Source of the DNA: Cytophagaceae bacterium
GTDB taxonomy: Bacteria > Bacteroidota > Bacteroidia > Cytophagales > Flexibacteraceae
Direction: 5' to 3'
Length of the DNA: 64,000 nucleotides
Assembly (NCBI GenBank): GCA_027490155.1
Contig: JAIXYP010000028.1
Location: 8,132-72,131 of the forward strand
How positions within the stretch are numbered: the first letter of the stretch is position 1; each line of letters opens with the position of its first letter. A program made the position numbers and the translations under genes. The notes under the pieces are model-generated. The model was not told where the DNA came from. It did no database searches and saw nothing but the letters and a program-made list of their open reading frames with translations. Shown here piece by piece: positions 18,372 to 28,104 of the stretch.

Positions 18372-19220
18372 TTAGATCAACTTCAGCGCTGACTTACAGC
18401 GGACCGCTAATAGCAGCCAAGCCTTTTCGGCATCTGGTACGCGAATCCGTTCGTTCAGGATGCGTGCAGGTGGCATGCTTTTGATCTTTCGGAAGAGGGC
18501 CAAATAATAAACGTATGCTAGATAGACCCCAAGTCGTACGCCATCAGGTAACTGTTTGATGCCAATATAAGCCTCACGAAAATCTTGAGCAATATCAGCC
18601 TCGATCGCCGCTTTGGTTTCTGGTCCGAACTGTCCGAAGTCGGCCCCCGGAAAGTAAACCCTACCACGCTCCTGAAAATCACTTTTCATATCACGCAAGA
18701 AGTTCACCTTCTGGAAGGCAGCCCCGAGTTTACGGCCACTAGGTTTTAGCTCCTCATATCGCTGTTGATCTCCATCCAAGAAAACCCGCAGACACATAAG
18801 GCCTACCACCTCGGCACTACCATAGATGTATTCGTCATAAGTATCGTCGGTGCAACTGGTTAGGTTCAGGTCCATCCGCATGCTGTGCAAAAAGGCAGCA
18901 ATCAACTCATGATCGATCCGGAACTCGTTGACAGCAAGCTGAAAAGCATGCAACACCGGGTTGAGGCTTAGTTTGCGCTCGATGGCCTCATAAGTATCCG
19001 CCTCAAACCGATTGAGGAGTGTCTCCTTATCATGGTCAAGGAAGGTATCCACAATCTCGTCTGCCAACCGTACAAAACCATAGATGGCGCATATCGGCAA
19101 GTGATAGCGCCTGTTGAGCGTGCTGATGCCGAGGCTAAAGCTGGTGCTATAGCGATTGGTGATCAGCTTAGAGCACTCCAAGGTTGTTTTGTCGTAGAGC
19201 GAGATCATAAAGGTTGGCAA
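18372..19220 (-). CDS. crtB: Phytoene synthase CrtB (squalene/phytoene synthase family)
   Basis: YCxxVAGxVG-like region (ICAIYGFVRLADEIVD) and Asp-rich motifs. 282 aa. Confidence 0.9.
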   Translation of the reverse strand: MPTFMISLYDKTTLECSKLITNRYSTSFSLGISTLNRRYHLPICAIYGFVRLADEIVDTFLDHDKETLLNRFEADTYEAIERKLSLNPVLHAFQLAVNEFRIDHELIAAFLHSMRMDLNLTSCTDDTYDEYIYGSAEVVGLMCLRVFLDGDQQRYEELKPSGRKLGAAFQKVNFLRDMKSDFQERGRVYFPGADFGQFGPETKAAIEADIAQDFREAYIGIKQLPDGVRLGVYLAYVYYLALFRKIKSMPPARILNERIRVPDAEKAWLLLAVRCKSALKLI

Positions 19221-19288
19221 TTAGGCCCCAAAGGAAGAAAACTCGACGCAATCTCCAGATCCTTGGTTTGATGATCGATAGGTGGTGA

Positions 19289-20773
19289 TTAGTTGATCGG
19301 GTGGTCTGCCAAGATACGCTCGGTTGCAAGGCGTGAGCTTATTACAACAATCGGCAGGCCTGTACCAGGGATGGTGCTCGCACCAACATAATAAAGGTTG
19401 CTGAAGAGTTCATCCTTATTGGCAGGTCGCATGCCCCCTACTTGGTTCATCCCGTGTGCAAGGCCAAGTCCACTGCCACGATAGAGGTTGAACTTATCCC
19501 GCCAGTCGATCGGGTTATAGACAGTACGAGTAAGGGTGTTGGCAGCAATATCAAACCCCACCCTTTCACTCAGATCCTGAATGATGGTGTTGGCAAGCTG
19601 CTCTGTATCCTCCCAGGTCTTTTTGTAACGCAGGTCAGGCACAGGGCACAGGATGAAAATATTTTCACACCCTTCTGGTGCGCAGTCAGGGTTGCTTTTA
19701 CTGCTAACGTTAACGTAATAGTAAGGCTTTTCTGGGGCGATAGAGGTCTTGAAGATGTTGTCAGCGTATTCGTTAAAGTTGCTGCCCAAGAAATAGTTAT
19801 GGTGGTGCAACCCATCTAGTTTGCCTTTGACGCCTAGGTAGATCGTGAATGGCGCTAGGGTCCAGTCCATACCGTCCAGTTTGTGCTCATTGAACTTGCG
19901 GCGTTTCAGGATTACCCCACGGAACATCGCAGCATCGCTATTGCAAACAAAGAGGTCTGCCGTGTGGCGTTTCCCATGCTGATCGATGAATGCTGTGACG
20001 TTAAACTCATTGGCCTCAACGCTGACGATCTCGGTATTGAAAGTCATTTTGACACCACGCTCAGTCAAGAGTTTGACCATGGCCTCGACGATTTTGTACA
20101 TCCCGCCCTTCACGTTCCAATAGCCGTCATGGATCAGCTCAGTATAGTTCAGGAGGCTATAAACCGCAGGGGTGTCAAATGGTGTGGCACCCAAGAAGAA
20201 AGCCACAAGCGAAAAAATAACTTTGGTATCCTGACCATCAAAGTGACGGCCCAGCTCTGACCACATACTCCGGAACAACTTAGGCCCGTGTTTTAGTGGC
20301 ACTGTAGCGAGGCTTGCGCCATAGTCCAGCAGACCATTGAAGTTTCGCTTGACGACCTTATACTCAGTATCGTGGAATATCTCCTTGGCTGCCTTTAGGT
20401 ATTTGCTGGCTTTGGCCTCAAAGTTGGGTTCATGGTCGCCAAACTCAATAGCTAGTTTATCGAGCTCCTTATAGATGTTGTATGGTTTGTCCCGATGCGC
20501 AAAGTAGACCGAGTATAAGGGGTTCAGCTCATTAAACCCTAAAGGATTAGGTACGCCAACGTAGTCAAACAGCTCTTTGAACTCATAGCTCATGCTGAAG
20601 AACGAAGGTCCAACATCGAACGTAAATCCATCTTTTTTGAGCTGATTCAGTCGGCCACCTGGTTGGTGATGCTTCTCGACCATTTCGACCTCATAACCTT
20701 TATGGGCCAAACGTAGGGCAGTAGCCATACCTCCGAGACCAGTGCCGATAATGAGTGCTTTCTTCTTTGCCAT
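19289..20773 (-). CDS. crtI: Phytoene desaturase CrtI
   Basis: N-terminal FAD/Rossmann motif (KKALIIGTGLGGMATALRL). 494 aa amine-oxidase-family carotenoid desaturase. Confidence 0.9.
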   Translation of the reverse strand: MAKKKALIIGTGLGGMATALRLAHKGYEVEMVEKHHQPGGRLNQLKKDGFTFDVGPSFFSMSYEFKELFDYVGVPNPLGFNELNPLYSVYFAHRDKPYNIYKELDKLAIEFGDHEPNFEAKASKYLKAAKEIFHDTEYKVVKRNFNGLLDYGASLATVPLKHGPKLFRSMWSELGRHFDGQDTKVIFSLVAFFLGATPFDTPAVYSLLNYTELIHDGYWNVKGGMYKIVEAMVKLLTERGVKMTFNTEIVSVEANEFNVTAFIDQHGKRHTADLFVCNSDAAMFRGVILKRRKFNEHKLDGMDWTLAPFTIYLGVKGKLDGLHHHNYFLGSNFNEYADNIFKTSIAPEKPYYYVNVSSKSNPDCAPEGCENIFILCPVPDLRYKKTWEDTEQLANTIIQDLSERVGFDIAANTLTRTVYNPIDWRDKFNLYRGSGLGLAHGMNQVGGMRPANKDELFSNLYYVGASTIPGTGLPIVVISSRLATERILADHPIN

Positions 20774-20917
20774 AGCCTAAATTGGTGGAGTCAGGATCTA
20801 GTGAAAATAAACTAGGTTCCCAGCCCCTAAAATTACATCTGTTTGTCGCTTACATAACACCAAGAAGGCCTTATTGTTTGGGCAGAAATTCAACTATATA
20901 GGCACCAGATGTTATCA

Positions 20918-20928
20918 AATCATTGATT
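20918..20928. promoter_or_regulatory. Small perfect palindrome AATCATTGATT flanked by TTATCA direct repeats, about 150 nt upstream of crtI
   Basis: Sequence TGTTATCAAATCATTGATTATCAGC. AT-rich GATAAT-like hexamers on the opposite strand. Confidence 0.25.
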
Positions 20929-20952
20929 ATCAGCAATAAACACCTTTTCCAA

Positions 20953-22050
20953 CTAATCAGAAACCGATACAACACCCAATTGATGCTGATGATAGGACCA
21001 GACATCCTGACCGAGTTTATGCTGAGCAATAGCAAGAATCTTTAACTCTGGTGCCTTGATGCCAACATCGAAGTGCATTGACGGATTTGTACCGACCCAA
21101 GCCTCATTCCAAAGGTCATGATCGATCAGGTCTTGCAGCAATTTACTTCCCCCCTCAACCAGCAGGTGCTGGATGCCTGTAGAAGCTAGTTGCTTAAGCT
21201 GAAAGGCAATCCGATCGGCAATAGGCAATCCGTCTGGTACCTCTAGCGTTTTTGTATTTGCCCATGTTGGGGCGCTACCCTCCCCTAGCCAGCCAAGGTA
21301 GGTAGTCTGTTGGCCTGAGAATAAGTGATGAGATTGTGGTAGATCTGGCCGAGTAGCCCATACTAACCTAGCAGGTTGATGCCCATGCCAGTTCCTGACA
21401 TTAAGTTCTGGGTTGTCATAAAAGGCGGTCCCACCACCCACTGCCACTGCATCAACCTCAGACCGTAACTTGTGTACCCAAGTACGCGATAAAGACCCTG
21501 TTATCCACTTACTATCAAAGTTATTTCGAGCAACAAATCCGTCTGCTGTTTGAGCCCACTTGAGGGTGATATAAGGCATTTTCTGCTCCAGACGCCAAAA
21601 AAATGCCCTATTGATGTGTTGTGCCTCAGCCTCCAAAAGCCCGATCTCGCAACTGATGCCAGCATCCTCAAGCATCTTGATCCCTTGGCCTGCGACCAAA
21701 GGATTAGGGTCTTGGCAAGCAATAACCACCCGTTTTATGGGTAATTGGGACAAGGCCAAAGCACAAGGTGGGGTTTTGCCATAATGGGCGCAGGGCTCTA
21801 GCGTTACATAAACTGTTGCGCCTACTAAATTAGCCCCCTGGTCCAGATTACGCAGTGCCATGATTTCGGCATGGGGACCACCGTAGACCCCATGCCACCC
21901 TTCGGCCAAGAAAGCGCCATTGCAATCTAGAATTACGCAGCCTACCATCGGGTTTGGGCTTACATACCCGGCACCACGGACTGCCAGCTCGAGAGCTCGC
22001 CCCATCCAACAGGCATCATGATCGGTCCAGACGGAAGCTTGTGCTGCCAA
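20953..22050 (-). CDS. ribD: Bifunctional diaminohydroxyphosphoribosylaminopyrimidine deaminase / 5-amino-6-(5-phosphoribosylamino)uracil reductase RibD
   Basis: CMP/dCMP deaminase zinc motif (HAEIMAL…LEPCAHYGKTPPC) plus a C-terminal RibD reductase domain. Confidence 0.9.
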   Translation of the reverse strand: MAAQASVWTDHDACWMGRALELAVRGAGYVSPNPMVGCVILDCNGAFLAEGWHGVYGGPHAEIMALRNLDQGANLVGATVYVTLEPCAHYGKTPPCALALSQLPIKRVVIACQDPNPLVAGQGIKMLEDAGISCEIGLLEAEAQHINRAFFWRLEQKMPYITLKWAQTADGFVARNNFDSKWITGSLSRTWVHKLRSEVDAVAVGGGTAFYDNPELNVRNWHGHQPARLVWATRPDLPQSHHLFSGQQTTYLGWLGEGSAPTWANTKTLEVPDGLPIADRIAFQLKQLASTGIQHLLVEGGSKLLQDLIDHDLWNEAWVGTNPSMHFDVGIKAPELKILAIAQHKLGQDVWSYHQHQLGVVSVSD

Positions 22051-22076
22051 AATTTATCTTGATTTGTCCGCCAACT

Positions 22077-23396
22077 TTAGGCTTCGGCCTGTTCTTTCCA
22101 GTTCAGCCTATCTGAAGGCGAGAATGCCCACGGTGCCATGTTGTTTTCGACATTCACGAACATACCGTTCCAACTGGCAGGTGTGGCACTTTCTTCCATA
22201 GCCACGTAGCGGCGCATATCTAGAATAATGTCCAGCGGATTAAGATTGATAGGGCAAGCATCCACACAGGCATTGCAGGTGGTGCAGGCCATTAACTCCT
22301 CTTTACTGACGTAATCACCATAAAGACTTTTACCATCTTCAAGACCTGAGCCGCCTGCATCAATGCTATTGCCGACTTCTTCCATGCGGTCACGGGTGTC
22401 CATCATGACCTTGCGTGGAGACAGTTTTTTACCTGTCAGGTTAGCTGGGCAGACCGACGTACAACGTCCACATTCGGTACAGGCGTAGGCATCAAGCAAG
22501 TTTTTCCAGCTCAGATCCTGGATGTCCTTAGCCCCAAACCGACTAGGTGCCTCGGCATTGTTGTCAGCACCTGGCAAACCAAGAGCAATCTTGATCTCGT
22601 TCGTGATCGCAGGCATATTATTGATCTCACCAGCAGGATTAAGCCGACTAAAGTAGGTGGCAGGGAAAGCCAAGATGATATGGAGGTGTTTACTATAGGT
22701 CACATAGACCGCAAAGGCAAAGATCCCGGCGATATGAAGCCACCATGCTAGCCGCTCATAAACCACCAAAAAGTCAGCACTAAAGTTGCTGAAGAAAGGA
22801 ACTAGGTAACCCGAAATTACGAAATTGCCTGTCGGGAAGTAGTGCAGGTTACCCTTGTTCTGAAGCGCAACATCTGCTGCATTCATTGTCAGGAACAAGG
22901 TCATGATCACGATTTCTGCCACCAAGATCAGGTTGGCATCAGTACGTGGCCAGCTAGTCATCTCTGCCTTCCAGAACCGAGGAAGCTTCATGATGTTGCG
23001 TCGGGTCAAGAAAGCAACGCAGGCTACTAGGACGGCAAATCCCAGAACTTCAAACGTATTGATCAGCACTAAATAGGCAGAGCCTAGGAAAGGTGCAAAC
23101 AGACGGTGAGTTCCCAGCAAACCATCCAGCACGATTTCAAGCAACTCCGCATTGATCAACACAAAGCCTACATAGATAAGTAGGTGCAGCAAGGCAACAA
23201 CTGGTCTGTCGAACATCTTGCGCTGACCAAAAGCGATCCGGAACGTCATGGACCAACGTGCTGCTGGGTTGTCGCTGCGATCATCAGCCTTACCTAGGTT
23301 GATGTTGCGCATTATATACTGGACGCGTTTAGTCGCTCGCCAGGCCGTGTAGCCGAGGATCAAGACAAACAAGAGTTGGAGTAAGAGCGTCATCAT
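22077..23396 (-). CDS. Membrane-anchored (Fe-S)-binding oxidoreductase with two 4Fe-4S ferredoxin-type motifs
   Basis: N-terminal multi-TM domain followed by CTECGRCTSVCP and CTTCNACVDACP cysteine clusters. Confidence 0.7.
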   Translation of the reverse strand: MMTLLLQLLFVLILGYTAWRATKRVQYIMRNINLGKADDRSDNPAARWSMTFRIAFGQRKMFDRPVVALLHLLIYVGFVLINAELLEIVLDGLLGTHRLFAPFLGSAYLVLINTFEVLGFAVLVACVAFLTRRNIMKLPRFWKAEMTSWPRTDANLILVAEIVIMTLFLTMNAADVALQNKGNLHYFPTGNFVISGYLVPFFSNFSADFLVVYERLAWWLHIAGIFAFAVYVTYSKHLHIILAFPATYFSRLNPAGEINNMPAITNEIKIALGLPGADNNAEAPSRFGAKDIQDLSWKNLLDAYACTECGRCTSVCPANLTGKKLSPRKVMMDTRDRMEEVGNSIDAGGSGLEDGKSLYGDYVSKEELMACTTCNACVDACPINLNPLDIILDMRRYVAMEESATPASWNGMFVNVENNMAPWAFSPSDRLNWKEQAEA

Positions 23397-23564
23397 AGTC
23401 GGTTGCTGACAGGACTATTGGTCGTGTGGGTGTATCAAATGGTAGGCTCAAAGATAAACCAATATTTTTTGAGATAGTTTGGACTATGGTTTGGATTTTG
23501 AAAACTAGCTCCGTACTTTTGCAATCCCGTTAAAGAGCTGGTCATAAAAGCCACTTCAAAACAC

Positions 23565-23640
23565 GGAAGCGTAGCTCAGTCGGTAGAGCAAAGGACTGAA
23601 AATCCTTGTGTCGTTGGTTCGATTCCAATCGCTTCCACCA
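23565..23640 (+). tRNA. tRNA-Phe (anticodon GAA), CCA encoded
   Basis: Cloverleaf with acceptor GGAAGCG/CGCTTCC, D-arm TAGCTCAGTCGGTAGAGC, anticodon loop CTGAAAA and T-arm GGTTCGATTCC. Confidence 0.9.
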
Positions 23641-23656
23641 AGTTAACTAGACAGGC

Positions 23657-23688
23657 AAAAACCACCTTAATTAGGGTGGTTTTTTTGT
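23657..23688 (+). terminator. Rho-independent terminator after tRNA-Phe
   Basis: AAAACCACC-TTAATTA-GGGTGGTTTTTTT hairpin followed by a T-run. Confidence 0.7.
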
Positions 23689-23823
23689 TTTTGGTCCTTC
23701 GATCAACATCTTCTGTCGATTCTGACACCAGTAATTGACTTGTTTACGTTTTCCGGCGCAAGTCTGGGGACACTAGTGTCGTCCAAAGAGTCAATGGCAC
23801 TTTTATCCTCTCAGGACACACTC

Positions 23824-25527
23824 ATGAAAACCAATCTATTAATATTGTGCACACTATTATTGTCTGTCGGGGCAGCTATGGGCCAGACCTACAACGACCT
23901 CTGGATTCCTGACACCTTATCTGGGACTAGGTTCAATCTCGAACTAAAAGACACCCTAAGGCAGTTCCGGTCAGGCACAAAAACCATAACCGGAGGTATC
24001 AATCATGACTTTTGGGGTCCTACCCTGATGATGAACAAAGGAGATACTGTCAGGATGTTCGTCCGGAACAAACTGAATGACTCAAGCACCGTCCATTGGC
24101 ACGGTATGCACTTACCAGCGGTGATGGATGGTGGGCCTCACCAAATCATACCTCCTGGTACTCTTTGGTCGCCATATTGGAAGATCATGCAAAAAGCAGC
24201 TACTCTCTGGTACCATCCTCACCTACATGAGATGGCCCAGAAACAAGTAACACTTGGTTTGGGTGGCTTTATCTACATCCGCGATGCCGAAGAAAGAGCT
24301 CTGAACCTGCCTCGTACATATGGGCTGGATGATATCCCGATGGCAATTGGATCCAGAAAGTTTTCTGGCAACAATCAATTTCTGACAGCTAATGCTGCAT
24401 ACGGCGATTATGTGTTTGTGAACGGCACCGAAAATGCAAAAGTATCCTTGCCGAAACAATACGTCAGGCTGCGCCTACTAAACTCGGACATTGCCCGAGG
24501 CTATAATGTTGGCTTTTCGGACAACCGAAACTTTTACGTGATTGCCACGGACGGCGGCCTAGTAAATGCACCTATCCAAACCAACAGGGTTATCCTTATG
24601 ATTGGCGAAAGGGTCGAAATTTTGGTTGACCTAAGCAACGATGCAGTTGGGGCCACACTTGACCTCAATGCCTACAACTCAGGCCAAAACCAGCTGAGTT
24701 TCCCTGGTGCTGAAAACCAAACCCAAGGCCAGTTCGGAAGCCTTCTCAACAACCGTGACTTTAATCTGGTCAGGATAAACGTCAGTGCCCAGACCGCAAA
24801 CCCAGTGCTGACAGTACCAACAACCCTAACCAATAACGTCTATTGGACGGCAGCCAATGCCACTGTCAACCGCACAATACGAGTCACAGGCGGACAACCT
24901 CCTGGTGGACTTTTCACCCTTGACAATCGGGCCTATGGTTTCAACCGGATAGATCAAACGGTCAACCTAGATGCCACTGAAAAATGGACGATTACGAACA
25001 ACCAAGTGTTTGGGCATGCGTTTCATATCCATGATATTGAGTTTAAGATTATCTCGAGGACCTCGGGCTTAAAGACCTACGAAAATGGTTGGAAAGACGT
25101 CGTTTATATCCCGCGTAACGAGTCGATATCATTTGTTGCCAAGTTTGATGACTTTGCGGACTCCGATCCAGACCATCCGTACATGTATCACTGCCACCTC
25201 GCCAACCACGAAGACGAAGGTATGATGGGGCAATTTTTGGTAACGACCACTACTGCCATCCCTAGGGAGCTTGCTGCTGCTGATAACTACTTTGAGCTAT
25301 CACCAAATCCAGTTTCTGAGCGCTTAAATGTTACCTTTCCAGACCCTAGCAATACACCTTATTACCTAATCCTGAGGGCAGCCAACGGTCGTACAATCAT
25401 GATGTCTCCAAAGCCAATCCTGACAAATGGCCTTGATGTTAGCGGGCTTCCAGCCGGGGTTTATATCCTCCAGATTCGTGATACCAAAAACCGCAGCTGG
25501 ACTACCAAGAGATTTGTAAAACAATAG
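23824..25527 (+). CDS. Multicopper oxidase (laccase/CueO-like) with a T9SS C-terminal sorting domain
   Basis: Signal peptide at MKTNLLILCTLLLSVGAAMG. Copper-binding motifs HWHGMH, HPH, HAFHIHD and HCHLANHEDEGMMGQF. The C-terminus (…GVYILQIRDTKNRSWTTKRFVKQ) is a Por/T9SS tail. Start moved to the internal Met at 23824. Confidence 0.85.
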   Translation: MKTNLLILCTLLLSVGAAMGQTYNDLWIPDTLSGTRFNLELKDTLRQFRSGTKTITGGINHDFWGPTLMMNKGDTVRMFVRNKLNDSSTVHWHGMHLPAVMDGGPHQIIPPGTLWSPYWKIMQKAATLWYHPHLHEMAQKQVTLGLGGFIYIRDAEERALNLPRTYGLDDIPMAIGSRKFSGNNQFLTANAAYGDYVFVNGTENAKVSLPKQYVRLRLLNSDIARGYNVGFSDNRNFYVIATDGGLVNAPIQTNRVILMIGERVEILVDLSNDAVGATLDLNAYNSGQNQLSFPGAENQTQGQFGSLLNNRDFNLVRINVSAQTANPVLTVPTTLTNNVYWTAANATVNRTIRVTGGQPPGGLFTLDNRAYGFNRIDQTVNLDATEKWTITNNQVFGHAFHIHDIEFKIISRTSGLKTYENGWKDVVYIPRNESISFVAKFDDFADSDPDHPYMYHCHLANHEDEGMMGQFLVTTTTAIPRELAAADNYFELSPNPVSERLNVTFPDPSNTPYYLILRAANGRTIMMSPKPILTNGLDVSGLPAGVYILQIRDTKNRSWTTKRFVKQ

Positions 25528-25533
25528 CAGCCC

Positions 25534-26148
25534 ATGCAGCTAAGATCCTGGATCGCATTCTATATTCTTCTGACAGGACTACTGATCTCCTCAGTAGGTG
25601 GCTATTCCCAAATTCCAAATTCAAAAAGCAAAATCTTGATTGGAGACTTTAGGCTCAGAGACGTTAACGGATCATTCTATGATTTGTCCGAAAGTCACAA
25701 TGCAAAGGGCGTGATCTTGGTCTTTATTTGCAACCATTGCCCAATGGCAAGGTCATACTATGGCACACTCAATAGCCTCCAGGCTCGATTTGGCAAACTG
25801 GGTTACCCAGTCATTGCTATCAATCCGATGGATAGTGTACAATACGAAGAAGAATCATGGGACCAAATGCGGCTGGTGGCAAAATCTTGCAAGTTCAACT
25901 TTCCGTATTTGCAGGACATCAATCAGGTGGTAGCGCAGAGACTGAAAGTTAGCTATACACCCGAAGCATTTGTACTGACTAAGGCAATGAAGCTATGGAC
26001 AGTCAGTTACCATGGTGCTATTGATGATGGTCTCTCTAGCAAACATAAATCCGGGATCGATAAGGCAGTCTCCGAACTACTGAGCCACAAACCTGTTTCA
26101 ATGCCCAATATGCCAGCAGCTGGTTGCGCAGTTTATTACCGCAAGTGA
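25534..26148 (+). CDS. Thioredoxin-like (redoxin/TlpA-family) protein with CxxC-like CNHCP motif
   Basis: N-terminal signal/TM, then a thioredoxin fold with VILVFICNHCPMARS. Confidence 0.65.
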   Translation: MQLRSWIAFYILLTGLLISSVGGYSQIPNSKSKILIGDFRLRDVNGSFYDLSESHNAKGVILVFICNHCPMARSYYGTLNSLQARFGKLGYPVIAINPMDSVQYEEESWDQMRLVAKSCKFNFPYLQDINQVVAQRLKVSYTPEAFVLTKAMKLWTVSYHGAIDDGLSSKHKSGIDKAVSELLSHKPVSMPNMPAAGCAVYYRK

Positions 26149-26184
26149 CAAAAATTATTGATTAGTATTTTTACCTGAGTAAAT

Positions 26185-26228
26185 AAAACACCCCAGCCAG
26201 ATCAAACTGTAGCCGGGGTGCTTTTTTA
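26185..26228. terminator. Bidirectional terminator between convergent genes
   Basis: CACCCCAGCC-loop-GCCGGGGTG hairpin with T-runs on both strands. Confidence 0.6.
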
Positions 26229-26258
26229 TAATAGGGAATTATCCTACTTGACCTTGCA

Positions 26259-27098
26259 TTATGCAGCCTTTTCCATCGTCTGTTTAGTTTGGCGCTGGAG
26301 CCTAAGGGCCGCCTCAGTGTCAGAAACGGCTGGCTCAAGCGCAGATTTTTTAAGTTTGATCACTCCAACAATATCCAAGCCTCTCATTATCCAATAGGTA
26401 GGATCTTGCTCCCACCAATGATAACCAAAGTCAGCACGCCCGCCCCATTTGTGGTGGTTGTTGTGATAAGACTCGCCCATCATCAAGATATCGACAGGCA
26501 GCAGGTTTTTAGCAGTATCACCCACCTTGAAGTTGACATATCCATATTTATGCGCAAACCAATTGATGACGGCACCATGAACAGGGCCCATTAAAAAATG
26601 GATCGGCAACAACAGAAACTGCCACCAGGCTGTGGCAAACTGGATATAGAACAAGGTATAGATCGTCCCCCAGGTTAGCCGTGACATCCAGCTGTCTCCA
26701 ATGTTCTCAATCAGTGACCAATAGGGAACACCCCTGGTAAATTCACGATCAGGTACTACCCTTCCGTTCAGGATGTCGTTATAGATGTCCTTGGTTTTCC
26801 ACATCATGTTACCAAGCCCAGTGCTATACTTAGGGGAGTGTGGATCCTGAGGTGTATCGGCGTAAGCGTGGTGCATGCGGTGCATTATGCCATAGGCATG
26901 TGGTGACAAAAACGATGATCCCTGGAAGATGTAGGTCAGGATATAAAACACCCGCTCCCAGAAACCAGAAAGGGTGTACATCGCATGGGCGGCATACCGA
27001 TGCAGAAACATTGTCTGCATCAGCAGGGATAGATACCAATGAAGACCAAAAAAAACAATAATTGCAGTTGGCATAAGGTTGACTTTTAAGAAATCCAA
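26259..27098 (-). CDS. Membrane fatty-acid desaturase (acyl-lipid/acyl-CoA desaturase family)
   Basis: His boxes HRYAAH, HRMHHAYAD and HNNHHKW. Multi-TM. The true start may be the internal Met (MPTAIIV…) at about 27074. Confidence 0.8.
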   Translation of the reverse strand: MDFLKVNLMPTAIIVFFGLHWYLSLLMQTMFLHRYAAHAMYTLSGFWERVFYILTYIFQGSSFLSPHAYGIMHRMHHAYADTPQDPHSPKYSTGLGNMMWKTKDIYNDILNGRVVPDREFTRGVPYWSLIENIGDSWMSRLTWGTIYTLFYIQFATAWWQFLLLPIHFLMGPVHGAVINWFAHKYGYVNFKVGDTAKNLLPVDILMMGESYHNNHHKWGGRADFGYHWWEQDPTYWIMRGLDIVGVIKLKKSALEPAVSDTEAALRLQRQTKQTMEKAA

Positions 27099-27172
27099 GG
27101 ATCAATAAAATGGATCGATGGAATCAAAGGATTGATAATAAAAAACAGAAACACGGATAGGGTCCTTCGATA

Positions 27173-27856
27173 TCAAGGACCAGTATTGGTTATCGTGGCT
27201 ATCGGCAGGATCTGATAGCGAGATAAGTTGTTGACATCACGTGCCAATTGTCGTCGGTCGATCAGCATCTCTAGATTTTTTTCTAGACTTCGGGGTGTAC
27301 ACCCCATCCACTGCGCCAGCTTCTGGATGGGAAGGTCAAGTGGAATAAACCCTGTATCGGCCACTCCTAAATGACTTGCCAAAGAGATCAGAAAATGGTA
27401 AAGGCGTTCGGTATTTGTTTGGTTGGCACACATAATCAATTTATCTTCCGCCGAGCCAATGTCCAACATCATCTGCTGCATAATGATCCCCCTTATATTG
27501 GGCATAAACCGACCATCAGGCATCAGCAGCCGGGCTTTAGGGATAAAACAAACTTCAACTTTACTAATGGCCTCGGCTGAGTTGATGTAATAACCACTCA
27601 TCATAGATGAAGCCCCAATAATTTCTGGTTGGTGCGCAAAAGCTATCGGGATGTCCATATTGGCTGTCACCACTTTCGTGATCATGACCTCACCCTCTCT
27701 GATACAATAGATACCATTGCTTTCCTTGTTCTGAGCATAGATCACCTCGCCAGACCGATAGATTTTATGCTCAGCAAGCAAACACCCTTCAGCATTAAGA
27801 CCGAGATCGGACCTACCGTTAGGATCAGAAAAGGCAACACAGTGTTGGCAAGTCAT
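27173..27856 (-). CDS. Crp/Fnr family transcriptional regulator with an N-terminal Cys cluster (FNR-like)
   Basis: cNMP-binding-like beta-roll plus a C-terminal HTH. N-terminal CQHC…C cysteines. Confidence 0.8.
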   Translation of the reverse strand: MTCQHCVAFSDPNGRSDLGLNAEGCLLAEHKIYRSGEVIYAQNKESNGIYCIREGEVMITKVVTANMDIPIAFAHQPEIIGASSMMSGYYINSAEAISKVEVCFIPKARLLMPDGRFMPNIRGIIMQQMMLDIGSAEDKLIMCANQTNTERLYHFLISLASHLGVADTGFIPLDLPIQKLAQWMGCTPRSLEKNLEMLIDRRQLARDVNNLSRYQILPIATITNTGP

Positions 27857-27971
27857 AAGTCAATTAAGTCAGGTCAGCTGCTAATTAGTTGGATTGACTA
27901 TTCAGATTGTCACTAACAGCAACCGACACTAGATAACCATCTACTGACCACAAAACTACCTGCACCATATC

Positions 27972-27986
27972 TATCATCCTATGATA
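27972..27986. promoter_or_regulatory. Palindrome TATCAT-CCT-ATGATA about 130 nt upstream of the first Crp/Fnr gene
   Basis: 6-bp inverted arms with a 3-nt spacer. Confidence 0.25.
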
Positions 27987-28104
27987 AATGTCAGACCCAA
28001 TACTGACCCCTAAATTCAATCTACATTTAACGAGAGCCAATCTAGATATGTTGAAAACCTACCCATACCACAGTGATCCGACACACCAGTACCGGAGATG
28101 TATC

